Virus record (IMG/VR): IMGVR_UViG_3300035698_011365
Span: 9,674 to 73,673 of that record
DNA: 64,000 nt
DNA from: a virus
Direction: 5' to 3' (one strand)
This document shows positions 48,062 through 58,408 of this stretch, one piece after another; position 1 is the first letter of the stretch, and each line of letters opens with the position of its first letter. Position numbers and translations under genes: made by a program. The notes beneath the pieces were generated by a model. It made no database searches and was not told the DNA's origin. It saw nothing but the letters and a program-made list of their open reading frames with translations.

Positions 48062-48472
48062 CTATGAACCAAATAGATTAGAATTATCTGCAAGTTCTTT
48101 TTCAGGAGTGCCTTCAAGTAGGGCATCTTCTTCTGGATCTGGGTCAGCAATTTCTTCAGTGACCGGTAGTTCCAGTTGTTTATCGTCTACAGGTGCCTTA
48201 TCTACATGCACTTCTGCAGCAGGTGCGGCTTCTGTAGCTTCAGCAGCTCTTCTAGCTGCCATTTCTGCTCTAGTAGCCCGTTTACGCTTAACAGGAGCTG
48301 TAGCGGTTGCTAGAGCGGGTTTAGTAGTCTCTTCGACAATAACAACTTCTGCTATATCATCAATGATTACAATGTCGGTTAAACGACCTTGAAAAGATGG
48401 ATTATGTTTCTCAATATAATCCATTACAGCTTGCTCCATTTCAATAGGAGATAGGTTTACTTTAATTTGCAT
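48062..48472 (-). CDS. Acidic hypothetical protein
   Basis: GAGGA RBS; KRKRATRAEM motif; ends NLFGS. Confidence 0.75.
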   Translation of the reverse strand: MQIKVNLSPIEMEQAVMDYIEKHNPSFQGRLTDIVIIDDIAEVVIVEETTKPALATATAPVKRKRATRAEMAARRAAEATEAAPAAEVHVDKAPVDDKQLELPVTEEIADPDPEEDALLEGTPEKELADNSNLFGS

Positions 48473-48479
48473 AATATCC

Positions 48480-48956
48480 TCATACTATAAATGTTTGAGA
48501 GGCATAATGAGCTAACATTAGTGCATCTGATTTACCATCCTTCAATCCGCCTTTAGGCCCTCTGATATTTACATCAGGGTAAAGCCTTTCACATATTACT
48601 GCTACGTCTTGCTTGATGGTTTTGCTTTTGGCTTTGATTCCTATAAATCTCTGCCATACTTTAGGCTGAACTAAGTCAATTGATAATCCTACTATAGAGG
48701 GGATTACATTGATCTTTTCTACATTACGCCCAAATGTAAAATTAGACTTTGCCGACATTCCAAAGAGAGTATGTACGTCCTCGATCATCACTATAGCTAT
48801 GGAATACTTCTTTTTCTGTACACTAAGCCATTGAGCAATTTCTCTAGGCTTAGTGTTATTGGGGTAGAACTCTACATATTTGGTAGAGGGAACTACAAGA
48901 CAGTAATATCCTGTAGCTCCCGGATCACACCCAATAAATGCAGTAGGCTCAATCAT
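48480..48956 (-). CDS. RuvC-like Holliday junction resolvase
   Basis: IGCDPG, IEDVH, F.FG, P.VWQ and DGKSDALMLA motifs. Confidence 0.85.
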   Translation of the reverse strand: MIEPTAFIGCDPGATGYYCLVVPSTKYVEFYPNNTKPREIAQWLSVQKKKYSIAIVMIEDVHTLFGMSAKSNFTFGRNVEKINVIPSIVGLSIDLVQPKVWQRFIGIKAKSKTIKQDVAVICERLYPDVNIRGPKGGLKDGKSDALMLAHYASQTFIV

Positions 48957-49699
48957 TAACCAAATAGATTGGCGTTTACGGCAGCGTCTGCTTCTGGAGC
49001 TGCAGCTGCTTTAGGAGTACCTGCGGTAGCACCAGAAGAACCAGCATGTTTAGCTAGTTGCTTTGTAACGCCTGTCCACTTATCTGCCCATTTGTGAATG
49101 AATACTGCTTCAGTTGCACTGGCTTTGATTTCAGTTTGGCTTAGGCTATCAGCTGCACGAAAGAATCGATCAGCTTTATTTTCTTCACGGGTTTCACCAG
49201 TAGGAGCATAGCCATTATCACCAAGAGCTGTTTTATCAACAACTTGCTTGATCATGCCAACTTTAACTGGTTGATTGATGAGTTCATTAAGAACATTAGT
49301 TTTCTGAGAAAGCTCACCTTTAGTGTCTTTGTCCCAGCGCTTAACGACCTTTTCAGTTTCTGTAAGGTCTTCAAGGTTCATACCAGCAACTACTTGTGCT
49401 AATGAAGTAGCTAGAGCAAAGTCAGCTAAAACAAATTCTTTACCAGTTTTCTTATCAGTATAAGTAGTTTTGTTGCCTTTAGAATCACCAGAGATAGGGT
49501 AAGTAGTTAGGCGAACCAAAGCATTACTACTAACATCACGAAGATGTAGAGTTAAGCTTTTGGCACCAGATGCTGTTGTATCTGAGTAAGCCATTTCGAT
49601 CATCATATCGTAAAGGCCGCTCTCAACCATAAATCCACCGCCAACTGTATCTTTAGTTACGGCTTCATCAGTAGTTTTTGCATTAGCGAATGTGGTCAT
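48956..49699 (-). CDS. ssb: ssDNA-binding protein (N4 gp45-like)
   Basis: DTVGGG...ESGLY, AY...ASGA.SL, PTGETREEN, C-terminal LFG; start moved to the ATG after AAGGA. Confidence 0.9.
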   Translation of the reverse strand: MTTFANAKTTDEAVTKDTVGGGFMVESGLYDMMIEMAYSDTTASGAKSLTLHLRDVSSNALVRLTTYPISGDSKGNKTTYTDKKTGKEFVLADFALATSLAQVVAGMNLEDLTETEKVVKRWDKDTKGELSQKTNVLNELINQPVKVGMIKQVVDKTALGDNGYAPTGETREENKADRFFRAADSLSQTEIKASATEAVFIHKWADKWTGVTKQLAKHAGSSGATAGTPKAAAAPEADAAVNANLFG

Positions 49700-49721
49700 A
49701 TTATTATCGTCCTTATTAAAA

Positions 49722-50438
49722 TTAATCGTAATATTCATGTAACCGGTCAGTAACCAGTTGCACATCGTTGTCGATGAAGGTTTCACTCACATCCCACATA
49801 GACATAGGGCTGCGAATAGCTTCATCAATAGTGTTCCGAGTCAATTGAGTCTGGAATACATATTTAAAACCTAACGCTTCTTCTTGAGGCGTTATGTTTA
49901 ATAGTTTGGATTTATATGGCTCTAAATCCGTGATAGGTACTTTTTTGGTGCTGATAACAGTAGAGAAATGACTTTCAATACCGGTATTCATTAATGAGCC
50001 TTTCACTTTAACTCTGGTTTCCACGTCCAGAGTCTTTTCATTAGTGATGCTCAAAGTATGTCCTGTGAAAATGACATTCTTGGTTGAGTTAGCCACATAC
50101 TGACTCAATAATACTTTAAAGAATTGGGCATAATCTCCCCAAGCCTTCATAGTATTTGGAGAAGTCAGTACATGGATAGACTCATACATGTCCATCATAA
50201 ATGTTAAGCTATCTATGACGATAGTATGTATAGCGGGGTGGTTTTCAGCTTCAACAAAGATACCTTCTATTTTCTTTGGATCAGTGATTGTTTGCTCACG
50301 GAATCCAGACTTAAATGGAAGTTTCTTGTTGTTTTCACAATTGAGGTAGATAACTCCAGCAGGGTCTTTAAGATTTCTAAAGGCTGCTGATTTACCAGTG
50401 GCTGATTTACCACTGATTAATACTAAATGGTCGTTCAT
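49722..50438 (-). CDS. AAA_24/Sak4-like ATPase (N4 gp44-like)
   Basis: GKSATGKS, YLNCE, IDSLTF, IRSP. Confidence 0.9.
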   Translation of the reverse strand: MNDHLVLISGKSATGKSAAFRNLKDPAGVIYLNCENNKKLPFKSGFREQTITDPKKIEGIFVEAENHPAIHTIVIDSLTFMMDMYESIHVLTSPNTMKAWGDYAQFFKVLLSQYVANSTKNVIFTGHTLSITNEKTLDVETRVKVKGSLMNTGIESHFSTVISTKKVPITDLEPYKSKLLNITPQEEALGFKYVFQTQLTRNTIDEAIRSPMSMWDVSETFIDNDVQLVTDRLHEYYD

Positions 50439-50461
50439 TATTATTCCTTATGGAGTTTACG

Positions 50462-50480
50462 AAAACCTGCCGAAGGCAGG
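50462..50480 (-). terminator. Terminator-like hairpin after primase
   Basis: CCTGCC-GAA-GGCAGG on +; followed by TTTT on -. Confidence 0.55.
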
Positions 50481-50481
50481 A

Positions 50482-52629
50482 CTATATATCCCTTTTATGA
50501 ATGGCTTTAGAAGCTGAGACCATGATAGTACTGAGGATCTCATTTTCATTCATTTTATCTGGGAGCTTATTATTTAATCCTATAACACTGTTCTGCACTG
50601 CGTTTAGATCCATACCGGAATCCACAAGCATTAGAGCGTATTTGATTAGTTGGTTGCTTCTGTTGCCTGCAGAAGTATTATTTACAAACCAGCGTTCTAC
50701 ATTGTTTAGTGATTGCTGACTGTCGATAATTCTCTTTCTCTCTTCATTCTTAGTAGTCTGAGGAATGAATAAGAGAGAATTAAGCAAATCACCGGTATTA
50801 TAGAAATAACTTCCATTATGAGACATCCACTTCCTTGATCGTTGGATTGTTTGTGCATCAGCTTCGAATGGAAGCCATTCTAATACATTAGTCATGAATC
50901 CCTTAAATTCATTAGCTGATAGTTTTAGGGTATGTGACATAGGCATTATAATCCTAAACCTGTTCGTTGTAGTACTGTGCCGTTTAGTAGTATAAATAAG
51001 GGATGTGTAGTCCTTTAACAGCAGTCTCGCTGTGTCTAGACTTACTCCGCCATCTATGTCCAATACTACCAGATTAAAGCCCGGAAGTACATTTTCTTCT
51101 TTACGATAATCATCAATTAAATGATGAGAAACCCAATGATAATTAGGGGCTTGAGTGAGTTTATGTAGCTCAGAAAACACACCTTTTTTTGGTACATAGC
51201 CTTCTGCTAATTTAGTACTATATGCTACAATTACTTCTTTAAGATCGGTCTCTGCTAGAGACTCACCTCTAAGAAACTCAATACCATCTGTTATCTGTTT
51301 CTTGATGATAATATTGTTTTTATAGCCATGGGCAATGGCCAGAGTCATCATTTCTCTCTTTTGGTTTTCAGATCCCTTATAGAAAGGGAGATCCTCAACC
51401 ATATCAACATGAGTGACCTCACGGCCTGTATTAGCTATGTAGTTAGCTAGTTTCACATAATTACGCTCTCTGGTAAGTAAATCACCAAAGGCCTCTCCTG
51501 AGTCCTCTACAAGCTTAATAGCGCTATAGAGATGATCTTCAGTGACTTCCGGAGATCCATCAATAAATGCATAGGTTCCTGCAAGCTTAAGAGCTTTAAA
51601 GTAACGGTGATCTAGTTCAGCTTTCTTAATCTCTTCGTGATCAGAAAGACTAGCTGCTATTTTCTCACAACGCTGTTTATATTCAATGAGAAGTAAACTT
51701 ACATCTTTATCAATATCCAGTGTGGTACCAAAGCAGATAGGATGAGCCAAATTACCTAAATCATTAGCCAGAGTCTGTAGAAAAGTACTTGCTGTATTAT
51801 CAGTAAGCATATCATAGATCTGTTCTGGAGTTAGATTGGTTTCTTTAGTGGAGAGTTTAGTATATCCAAAGAGACATCGACGGGCGTATCCTGTTTCTAA
51901 CATGCTATAGAATTCTTCTTCCACTCTGCCGCCATTTAACAATTTAGCAGGTGTTCCGAAGAGCATCATATTAGTAGGAGTCTTCCCGTCGATTTCTTCG
52001 CCACGAAGATTCTCTTGGGTATTTTTGGTTAGTTTTTGTTTGACTTTACCGACATCAAATAGTTCCAGAAATGTATTGAGAACATCAACATTACCTAAAA
52101 GATTTGAACCAATTTCATCAATTTCCATATTCATAGAACCGCAATCTGCCATAAGCAGTTTGTGCCTCATTTGTTTTACGGCTGCAGTAGTTCCACTATC
52201 AAATGAGAAGGCTAGGTTTCCGAGCTGTTCAAATTCTTTCTCTACTCGAAGAAGCTCTTCACCTTCATCACAATTTTTCTTAGTGGCTCGCTTGATAGCC
52301 AGCTTTGCTAGATTGCCTTCACTAATCTTAATAAAGGTTTCTTCTAGGAAGCGCTCTTTAAATACATTAATGACTTGCTCTTCAACAATATTAGTAGAGT
52401 GGCCTTTACCTTCACCAGATGAGGCTAGATTGAGAGCATATACATTTACAGGGATCTGGCCTCTATCATGTGTTTTGATTGTGGTTCGCATCATAGATGC
52501 TACTTTGGTAAAGTAATAAGATACAAGTACTCTGAAAAAGAGTCTATTTGTGCTCTGTGTTTTTTGACAAAGAACATCAACCAACTGGTCAGAAGTTTTA
52601 TGATAATCCATTAAATCATAAGTTTTCAT
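50482..52629 (-). CDS. DNA primase (N4 gp43-like)
   Basis: SGEGKG, IDEIGSNL, LDIDG, YTTKRH...RFR and GNRSNQL motifs. Confidence 0.9.
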   Translation of the reverse strand: MKTYDLMDYHKTSDQLVDVLCQKTQSTNRLFFRVLVSYYFTKVASMMRTTIKTHDRGQIPVNVYALNLASSGEGKGHSTNIVEEQVINVFKERFLEETFIKISEGNLAKLAIKRATKKNCDEGEELLRVEKEFEQLGNLAFSFDSGTTAAVKQMRHKLLMADCGSMNMEIDEIGSNLLGNVDVLNTFLELFDVGKVKQKLTKNTQENLRGEEIDGKTPTNMMLFGTPAKLLNGGRVEEEFYSMLETGYARRCLFGYTKLSTKETNLTPEQIYDMLTDNTASTFLQTLANDLGNLAHPICFGTTLDIDKDVSLLLIEYKQRCEKIAASLSDHEEIKKAELDHRYFKALKLAGTYAFIDGSPEVTEDHLYSAIKLVEDSGEAFGDLLTRERNYVKLANYIANTGREVTHVDMVEDLPFYKGSENQKREMMTLAIAHGYKNNIIIKKQITDGIEFLRGESLAETDLKEVIVAYSTKLAEGYVPKKGVFSELHKLTQAPNYHWVSHHLIDDYRKEENVLPGFNLVVLDIDGGVSLDTARLLLKDYTSLIYTTKRHSTTTNRFRIIMPMSHTLKLSANEFKGFMTNVLEWLPFEADAQTIQRSRKWMSHNGSYFYNTGDLLNSLLFIPQTTKNEERKRIIDSQQSLNNVERWFVNNTSAGNRSNQLIKYALMLVDSGMDLNAVQNSVIGLNNKLPDKMNENEILSTIMVSASKAIHKRDI

Positions 52630-53006
52630 TTATCATCCTTGCGTATAACTATTGGTGTACCTTTAGGGAGCATATCTCTGTCAATCTTACCTGACCATAC
52701 TCTAGCTAAAGCAGTGCGAGATTTATTAGTACCAAGTTGCTCATTGATTTTATCAGTGAGATCCCAACCAGTAAGTCTCTTGACTCCACGTTCTTTTGCA
52801 GTGTTGTTCCAGACTAGGAACTGTCTATGAGCTTCTATAATGAAGTCATACATATACTGTGTGAGCTTAGTGGTGTCTCTTCTCTTACGAGGTCTCCGAG
52901 GAGCAAAAGATTTCTCTTTAGTGAAGAATCTATTATGGACTAGTGAAACAGGATTATAAATCCTTATCAGGCGGGATGCTCCACCTAATTTTTTACGAAT
53001 ATTCAT
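52626..53006 (-). CDS. Basic hypothetical protein, possibly DNA-binding
   Basis: 126 aa; AAGGA RBS; INEQLGTNKSRTALARVW. Confidence 0.65.
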   Translation of the reverse strand: MNIRKKLGGASRLIRIYNPVSLVHNRFFTKEKSFAPRRPRKRRDTTKLTQYMYDFIIEAHRQFLVWNNTAKERGVKRLTGWDLTDKINEQLGTNKSRTALARVWSGKIDRDMLPKGTPIVIRKDDK

Positions 53007-53016
53007 TTTGGTTTCC

Positions 53017-54003
53017 TTAAAGTGTTAAAGTGCCATCGAGAATATAAATGTCTTTTTGCTGACAGATAGAGGTTGCATCACAATATCTACATTTCATTAC
53101 CATACCTTTAACGGTATCGACTACACCCACATTACCATCTTGATGAAGACGGCTTAAAGCGTCATTCATATTATCGAAGTTCTTAGTGCTTCTAGCTTTC
53201 TTTTGTGGGTTTTTGTAATATTTGTAAGTAGGAGCAGATCTCCATAGATCTTCATCATTACACTCAGGCATTTTCTCTTCTGGTTCATTCTGATATTTAG
53301 CAATATCATCGATTTTATCTTCAACAAATCTTTGAACATCAGCAACAGGCATCAGTTCCATTTCAACTTGCTCAATCTTATTCTTAGGATACTTAGGATT
53401 AATAAGAACCTGTGATTGAGTCCAGTTAGTGAAGATATATTGAACGGCCATCCGGTTATTAGTGATAATTGTTGGATTGAGCCATCTGTATATGCTGCCT
53501 TGCATGGCAAACTTCTTGTTATAGGGGTCTTTTACATAAGCAAAGGTACTGGTTGATTTAAAATCTTCCAGTCTACCTTGCATTACTAAGTCGAATTGAC
53601 CGGTAACAATCACACCTTTGACTATTTTACTTGATCTCTTCTCCATATAGACAGGGATGAGGCTTGGATCGGCTTTTAAAGCTTCCTCAGAGGGGTTAAG
53701 TACCACTTTTGATGCAACTGACTTAGGATAACCTAAATCAAGCATAGTGGCCTCTATATCGCCTTCCCAAGCATTTTCAATACCTGAATGGATTGCTTGA
53801 CCAATACGACTAGCTGCAAGTGAGTTCACATTGATAGCTGTGTCTTCTGGTTTAACTCTACCAGAGAGTATAATTTGCTTAGTAGAATTAAGTAAAGTAG
53901 TAGCACTTATAGAGTTTGGATCGGGATGCGCATCATAGCCACTAGAAGCAAGCCAAACTTTCATAGAGAGGGGTACGTTAGAAGGTAAATTAATTAATGC
54001 CAT
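53017..54003 (-). CDS. PD-(D/E)XK exonuclease (N4 gp42-like)
   Basis: ISATTLL, G.AIH, GQFD...DFKSTS, QGSIY, CRYC. Confidence 0.9.
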   Translation of the reverse strand: MALINLPSNVPLSMKVWLASSGYDAHPDPNSISATTLLNSTKQIILSGRVKPEDTAINVNSLAASRIGQAIHSGIENAWEGDIEATMLDLGYPKSVASKVVLNPSEEALKADPSLIPVYMEKRSSKIVKGVIVTGQFDLVMQGRLEDFKSTSTFAYVKDPYNKKFAMQGSIYRWLNPTIITNNRMAVQYIFTNWTQSQVLINPKYPKNKIEQVEMELMPVADVQRFVEDKIDDIAKYQNEPEEKMPECNDEDLWRSAPTYKYYKNPQKKARSTKNFDNMNDALSRLHQDGNVGVVDTVKGMVMKCRYCDATSICQQKDIYILDGTLTL

Positions 54004-54012
54004 TATTTGTCC

Positions 54013-54474
54013 TTAGTTGTCGAACCAGAATATTGCCCTTATTTTTTCTGGGTCATTGTCTGTTTTTGATAGGAGTTTCTCCATAATATCATAGGCGTCT
54101 TTTAAGCCAAATAATAGAGATTTCTTACCTTTTCCCTCTGGAAGAAGAGTTGTTCTTAATAGTTCTTCCTTAAGCTCTTTCATGGTGATCCAAGAAGGAC
54201 TATGAGCATCTTCCTTCCATGACTGATAATACTTATATATACGAGGATCACAATCTTTAGGGATTCCTCTACGATCTCTAGCGTGGATGTTATCAACACG
54301 AACTCCGGCTAATAAACCAAATAATTCATAGTTCCTTACGAGAGCAGTCTGTGCCCAATCAGCGGGAATAAGATCAAAAGGGGGTTCCTCATCAAATAAC
54401 CATCTATAGTGGGATTGCCATTTATCCGCCCCTTCTTCAAGAGTTTCAGTATAGAAATGTATATCACATCCCAT
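54013..54474 (-). CDS. Conserved phage protein (MGCDIH...WFDN family)
   Basis: MGCDIH, RNYELFGLLAGVR, RGIP.D, HSPSW, FWFDN. Confidence 0.8.
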   Translation of the reverse strand: MGCDIHFYTETLEEGADKWQSHYRWLFDEEPPFDLIPADWAQTALVRNYELFGLLAGVRVDNIHARDRRGIPKDCDPRIYKYYQSWKEDAHSPSWITMKELKEELLRTTLLPEGKGKKSLLFGLKDAYDIMEKLLSKTDNDPEKIRAIFWFDN

Positions 54475-54475
54475 T

Positions 54476-54667
54476 TTATTTATTCCGCATGTTTAAAGCT
54501 TCTAGCGCCATTACATTGCCTTCACTGTTGCCGTATGCACTTCCATTGTCTAACCTAGCTAACGCTTCCAGAGCTTGTTCATAAAGAGCTATTTTCTTTT
54601 CTAACTTCTCTATTTTATTTATAAGATCAAGGCCTTCAAACTGATCAGGAGCCATTTTATCTATCAT
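54476..54667 (-). CDS. Hypothetical protein
   Basis: 63 aa, coupled to neighbours. Confidence 0.65.
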   Translation of the reverse strand: MIDKMAPDQFEGLDLINKIEKLEKKIALYEQALEALARLDNGSAYGNSEGNVMALEALNMRNK

Positions 54668-54900
54668 CCTTTTGTATCTACAAGAGCTTCTCTATAGAGT
54701 GTGGGTAAATGTTGGTAATCAGGTATGCGTGGCAACTCTGTTATTGTTTCCATATCTAATGTACATATAATATGCTTTTGTTTTGGGTATCTTTCATCCC
54801 AAGTTTCTTTAATCTGTACTAATTCTTCATAATTATAATTATTATAATAACCGTCAAATACACCTGTGGTTAACTGTAATATTATTTGTACATTTCTCAT
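54664..54900 (-). CDS. Hypothetical protein
   Basis: 78 aa, ATGA overlap. Confidence 0.6.
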   Translation of the reverse strand: MRNVQIILQLTTGVFDGYYNNYNYEELVQIKETWDERYPKQKHIICTLDMETITELPRIPDYQHLPTLYREALVDTKG

Positions 54901-54915
54901 TATGAAAAGCTTTCT

Positions 54916-57540
54916 TTATGTGTCTTTAATTAAATTCTTAGCTATATTATAAATTTGAGCCTTACTAGTATTATTAGGTATAGGTGTGCTGTAGGCCCAA
55001 GATGGATAGAACAGTTCTACCTCACCTCCTAATTTAACTGTTGGGTGCTGTATTTCAGGTAGTTCCTGCCATTCCATACATTCTATTAAATTCTTATTAA
55101 ACCATGTAACACAAGCAAGATGATCCTTCACTAAAAAGTAAAGTGAGTCATGAATCTGAGCTATAGGTCTAATCATGGTTTTGTATTCAGATGCGAGCAC
55201 TCTTTCTTGAAATTCAATACCTGCACGAGCATTAAGGAGTCCATAGGATTGTCCCAAAGCATTACCTGCAGTCCTTGCTTCAGACTGAGCTTCATAAGGC
55301 GTTGATTGCTTTCCTAGATAGACTTGTTTTAGTATGGGAGTCCTGACTCTCAAACCAAAAGCACAAGTAACGTAGCCATCAATAGTGGCTTGGTTAACTT
55401 TTTGTGCTACCCAGTCATCAGATACTTTATACATTTTATGATAATTGGTTTCAATTTTGAGAGCATCTTCTTTAGTAAGTCCTACAGTCTTTTCTAGTCC
55501 GTAGGCTTTACCACCATATGTAAGTAGAAAAGTAGGGGCCTTAGAGTCCTGTCGTAATTCAGGATATTTAAGGGCAATACTATTGATACTGGTTACAGTA
55601 TCTACTATGCCTTTCATTTGTTCTCCGAAGTAATAAAACGCCCTTAAACAGTGTCCGTCATAGCCGTCAGTATAGACCTTTAGCTTATTTGGATCCTTGG
55701 TTGTAAGTGCAGAAATACGATCTTCTAGAGATGCAAAATCCGCCCCCATGAGTAGCCACCCGGAGGGTGGTTCAAAACAGTTTTTAATAAGTTTAGCGTA
55801 AGGTGTACCGGTACTAGGTATTTGCTGCATGTTAGGATCAGAGCAAGAAAGTCTTCCACTGACTGTACCACCTATATTATGATTACCATGAAGATAATAT
55901 AATCCATCAGCTTTCCTTATACTTTTTGTGAGGAAATTCTTTAGGAAGTTATTAAGAATAATAGATACGTCTGAAAGCTCCATAAGAAGCTGTAGAATGT
56001 CTTTTTGTGCTTGAGTTGTTGCTGTATGTAATACCTCTGCAAGTACCTTATTTCCTGTAGCTGGTTCACCTGTAGGAGTGTACTCAGTGCATTCCAGTTT
56101 TAGATTATCAAATAGTAGCTTACCTATTTGAGTAGAGCTATTTGGATTAAAAAATACATCTTGAAACTCATCAATAGCCTTTACCTTCTTTTTAAGGAGA
56201 AGGTTGGCTTTGATGCAGGCTTCCATACGAAGTTGTTCTTGAAAAGATATTACTTCAGGTAAACTGAAGAGCCTATTAATAATATCCTTTTTTATTGTAG
56301 ACAATTTGTTTCTGGCACTTCTGACTTTATCTATATTCAGAGGCATACCTGTTAATTCAATTTGGAGTATATTCTTTACACTGGGAAGTAGGATCTCATT
56401 ATATATTTCTTGCTGGTCATCATCTATCATGGTTTGATGATATTTCTCTTTCACGTACCATGTTGAAAGACAATCAACTAAGTTATATTCTAGAAGCTCC
56501 ATAAGAGGGATTCTTGTAATATCTGTGATACTTTCTACAGCATAATTACCTGCAAATTCTTGAGCAAGTTCTTTAAGACTTAAGTTTACTCTTGCAGTAC
56601 TGTTAGTAGCTAGAAAGCTAATTAATTTAATATCATCAAAGTTTTTAGTCAGAACTTCAAGACCCTCAAGAATTCCAGTGTAATCAAGAGGATTCTCATA
56701 AGCAAATAGCGTAAAGATTAGTATTTTGACATCAAAATTAGCGTTATGATATGTGAGCTTACCTTTATAAGTAAGTAAAAAATTCCTAAGTATTCCTCTT
56801 CTTAAAGGGGAGTGTTTGTACCTAGTATGTTGTTGATTTTTCACTCCGGGTATTATTTCTAAAGCGTCAGGTGAAAGTTGGTGAAGATCTATAGGCATTG
56901 CTATGCCGTTATTCTTGTCCCATGCGAATGCTACAGAACCTAGATGGGCTTTATGAAGCATAAGAGAGAAAGTTTCTATATCACACACAAGTTCTGGATA
57001 TTGATGAAGTTGTTTATAAGCATCCCTCATATCATTAATAGATAGGGGATAGCTGGCGCTATGAATTATATCGCTCCCAGGAGTTATGTAAATACCTGAG
57101 AGATGCTGCTCTATGGAACTAATACCTCGTAATATTTTTTCTTTTAGAATTGGATTATAGAATAATCTTTGATGGTTTAGTCCTAAGACTACACCTATAT
57201 GTTCGAATCCCTCTATAACGCAGTCCATTATATAACCTGAATAAGGCTCTGCTACTGCCTTACCTGAGAGAGTCTTAAAGTACTCTGTGTCACATACGTA
57301 TAGAATTTTCACTTTCAGGCTGTCAGCGGCCTTTAAAACGCTCTTTAAGTGCTCTCTACGTAGTGATGCAGGTGCTTTGTTGTCCTCATTGTATTTGAGA
57401 CTCAATCCAATGAAAGCATTGGTTGGAAGACTGGATTCATCAATATAGTTTTCTTGAAGATCTTTTTTCCTGAAAGCAGCGTTTTTGATGAGAATAGCTA
57501 CGTCGTAAGTATCATTTTCTTCAAAAATAATATGATGCAT
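54916..57540 (-). CDS. Family A DNA polymerase (N4 gp39-like)
   Basis: Exo DIET, HNANFD, YNLVD; TVSGRL; motif A DFASLE, B RQDSKAPTFLLTYG, C IHDS. Confidence 0.95.
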   Translation of the reverse strand: MHHIIFEENDTYDVAILIKNAAFRKKDLQENYIDESSLPTNAFIGLSLKYNEDNKAPASLRREHLKSVLKAADSLKVKILYVCDTEYFKTLSGKAVAEPYSGYIMDCVIEGFEHIGVVLGLNHQRLFYNPILKEKILRGISSIEQHLSGIYITPGSDIIHSASYPLSINDMRDAYKQLHQYPELVCDIETFSLMLHKAHLGSVAFAWDKNNGIAMPIDLHQLSPDALEIIPGVKNQQHTRYKHSPLRRGILRNFLLTYKGKLTYHNANFDVKILIFTLFAYENPLDYTGILEGLEVLTKNFDDIKLISFLATNSTARVNLSLKELAQEFAGNYAVESITDITRIPLMELLEYNLVDCLSTWYVKEKYHQTMIDDDQQEIYNEILLPSVKNILQIELTGMPLNIDKVRSARNKLSTIKKDIINRLFSLPEVISFQEQLRMEACIKANLLLKKKVKAIDEFQDVFFNPNSSTQIGKLLFDNLKLECTEYTPTGEPATGNKVLAEVLHTATTQAQKDILQLLMELSDVSIILNNFLKNFLTKSIRKADGLYYLHGNHNIGGTVSGRLSCSDPNMQQIPSTGTPYAKLIKNCFEPPSGWLLMGADFASLEDRISALTTKDPNKLKVYTDGYDGHCLRAFYYFGEQMKGIVDTVTSINSIALKYPELRQDSKAPTFLLTYGGKAYGLEKTVGLTKEDALKIETNYHKMYKVSDDWVAQKVNQATIDGYVTCAFGLRVRTPILKQVYLGKQSTPYEAQSEARTAGNALGQSYGLLNARAGIEFQERVLASEYKTMIRPIAQIHDSLYFLVKDHLACVTWFNKNLIECMEWQELPEIQHPTVKLGGEVELFYPSWAYSTPIPNNTSKAQIYNIAKNLIKDT

Positions 57541-57543
57541 TTT

Positions 57544-57867
57544 TTAATACTCTATTCTAGTAGTGGTGTACATGTCGAACTCATCTGGATTACCACGAAT
57601 TTCTATGTCATTAATACCTTCACCTACTCGTATGAAACCATAAGAGATATTATCATCATCCATTTGATCCATAAAATCATTTACTGTACGGATATCTTCA
57701 TAAGAATCGTACCACTTAATGTCTGTAAAGGGATAGTAAATAAATTCCCCGTAGGTGGTTGCACTTGCCCCATCCTGTAATAGACAAGGAAGGCCCTTTT
57801 TTAAGACTTTCTCTACGAATAGGGTTTTCTTATCTATTACTAAAACTACTTCTGATCTATAGCCCAC
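57544..57867 (-). CDS. Conserved phage hypothetical protein
   Basis: MGYRSEV...KWYDSY...FIRVGE...DIE pattern. Confidence 0.75.
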   Translation of the reverse strand: MGYRSEVVLVIDKKTLFVEKVLKKGLPCLLQDGASATTYGEFIYYPFTDIKWYDSYEDIRTVNDFMDQMDDDNISYGFIRVGEGINDIEIRGNPDEFDMYTTTRIEY

Positions 57868-58408
57868 CGGTCAATAACTTTCTCATTAAATGTTTTTTAA
57901 AATAATTCATTCCAGATTCATTGTCTTCAAGGAAGGTGTCCACCTCATCTTGAGTAAAAGATAATGCAGTATTCTTTACATAATGATAGCCTGAAGATTT
58001 TTCGAGAATAGGCTGAAAAGATGCAGGAGTAAGTGTCTCTATATCTTTGAAGCTACTCGCTTTTATAAACACTTTCCTGAGATAGTATTCAACATGCTTT
58101 GTGGTTATTCGTACTTCCTCTGCTTTTTTAAGTATCTCATTCATTTCTTCATGGAGAGAAGGATCTAGTGCATTTCTTGAATACCAGCTTGGAAATACTT
58201 CAGGGTAGACAGCATCATAAGTACCTGCTTTATAAAAAAAGCCTTGTACTACTGGAGTAAGGTGATTTTGACCAGAAAGATGTTTATAAACCATTCTTCT
58301 GATGTCTTTTTCTTCAGCTAACTGATGGATTTCTTTTAAATCTAGAGTGACATGATTATAAAGATGTTCTCTATCAGATCTGGAAAGTGTGTTGTAACTG
58401 TGAGACAT
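57857..58408 (-). CDS. N4 gp38-position protein (possibly Nmad5-like)
   Basis: Between helicase and polymerase; weak motif recall. Confidence 0.55.
   Translation of the reverse strand: MSHSYNTLSRSDREHLYNHVTLDLKEIHQLAEEKDIRRMVYKHLSGQNHLTPVVQGFFYKAGTYDAVYPEVFPSWYSRNALDPSLHEEMNEILKKAEEVRITTKHVEYYLRKVFIKASSFKDIETLTPASFQPILEKSSGYHYVKNTALSFTQDEVDTFLEDNESGMNYFKKHLMRKLLTGGL

Noticed and set aside
49700-49786. N-terminal extension of SSB in the ORF track
   Set aside because: Overlaps the gp44-like gene; the RBS supports ATG 49699
54916-57540. Polymerase adapted to modified bases
   Set aside because: Motifs are ordinary (Phe at the 762-equivalent) and no base-modification genes were seen
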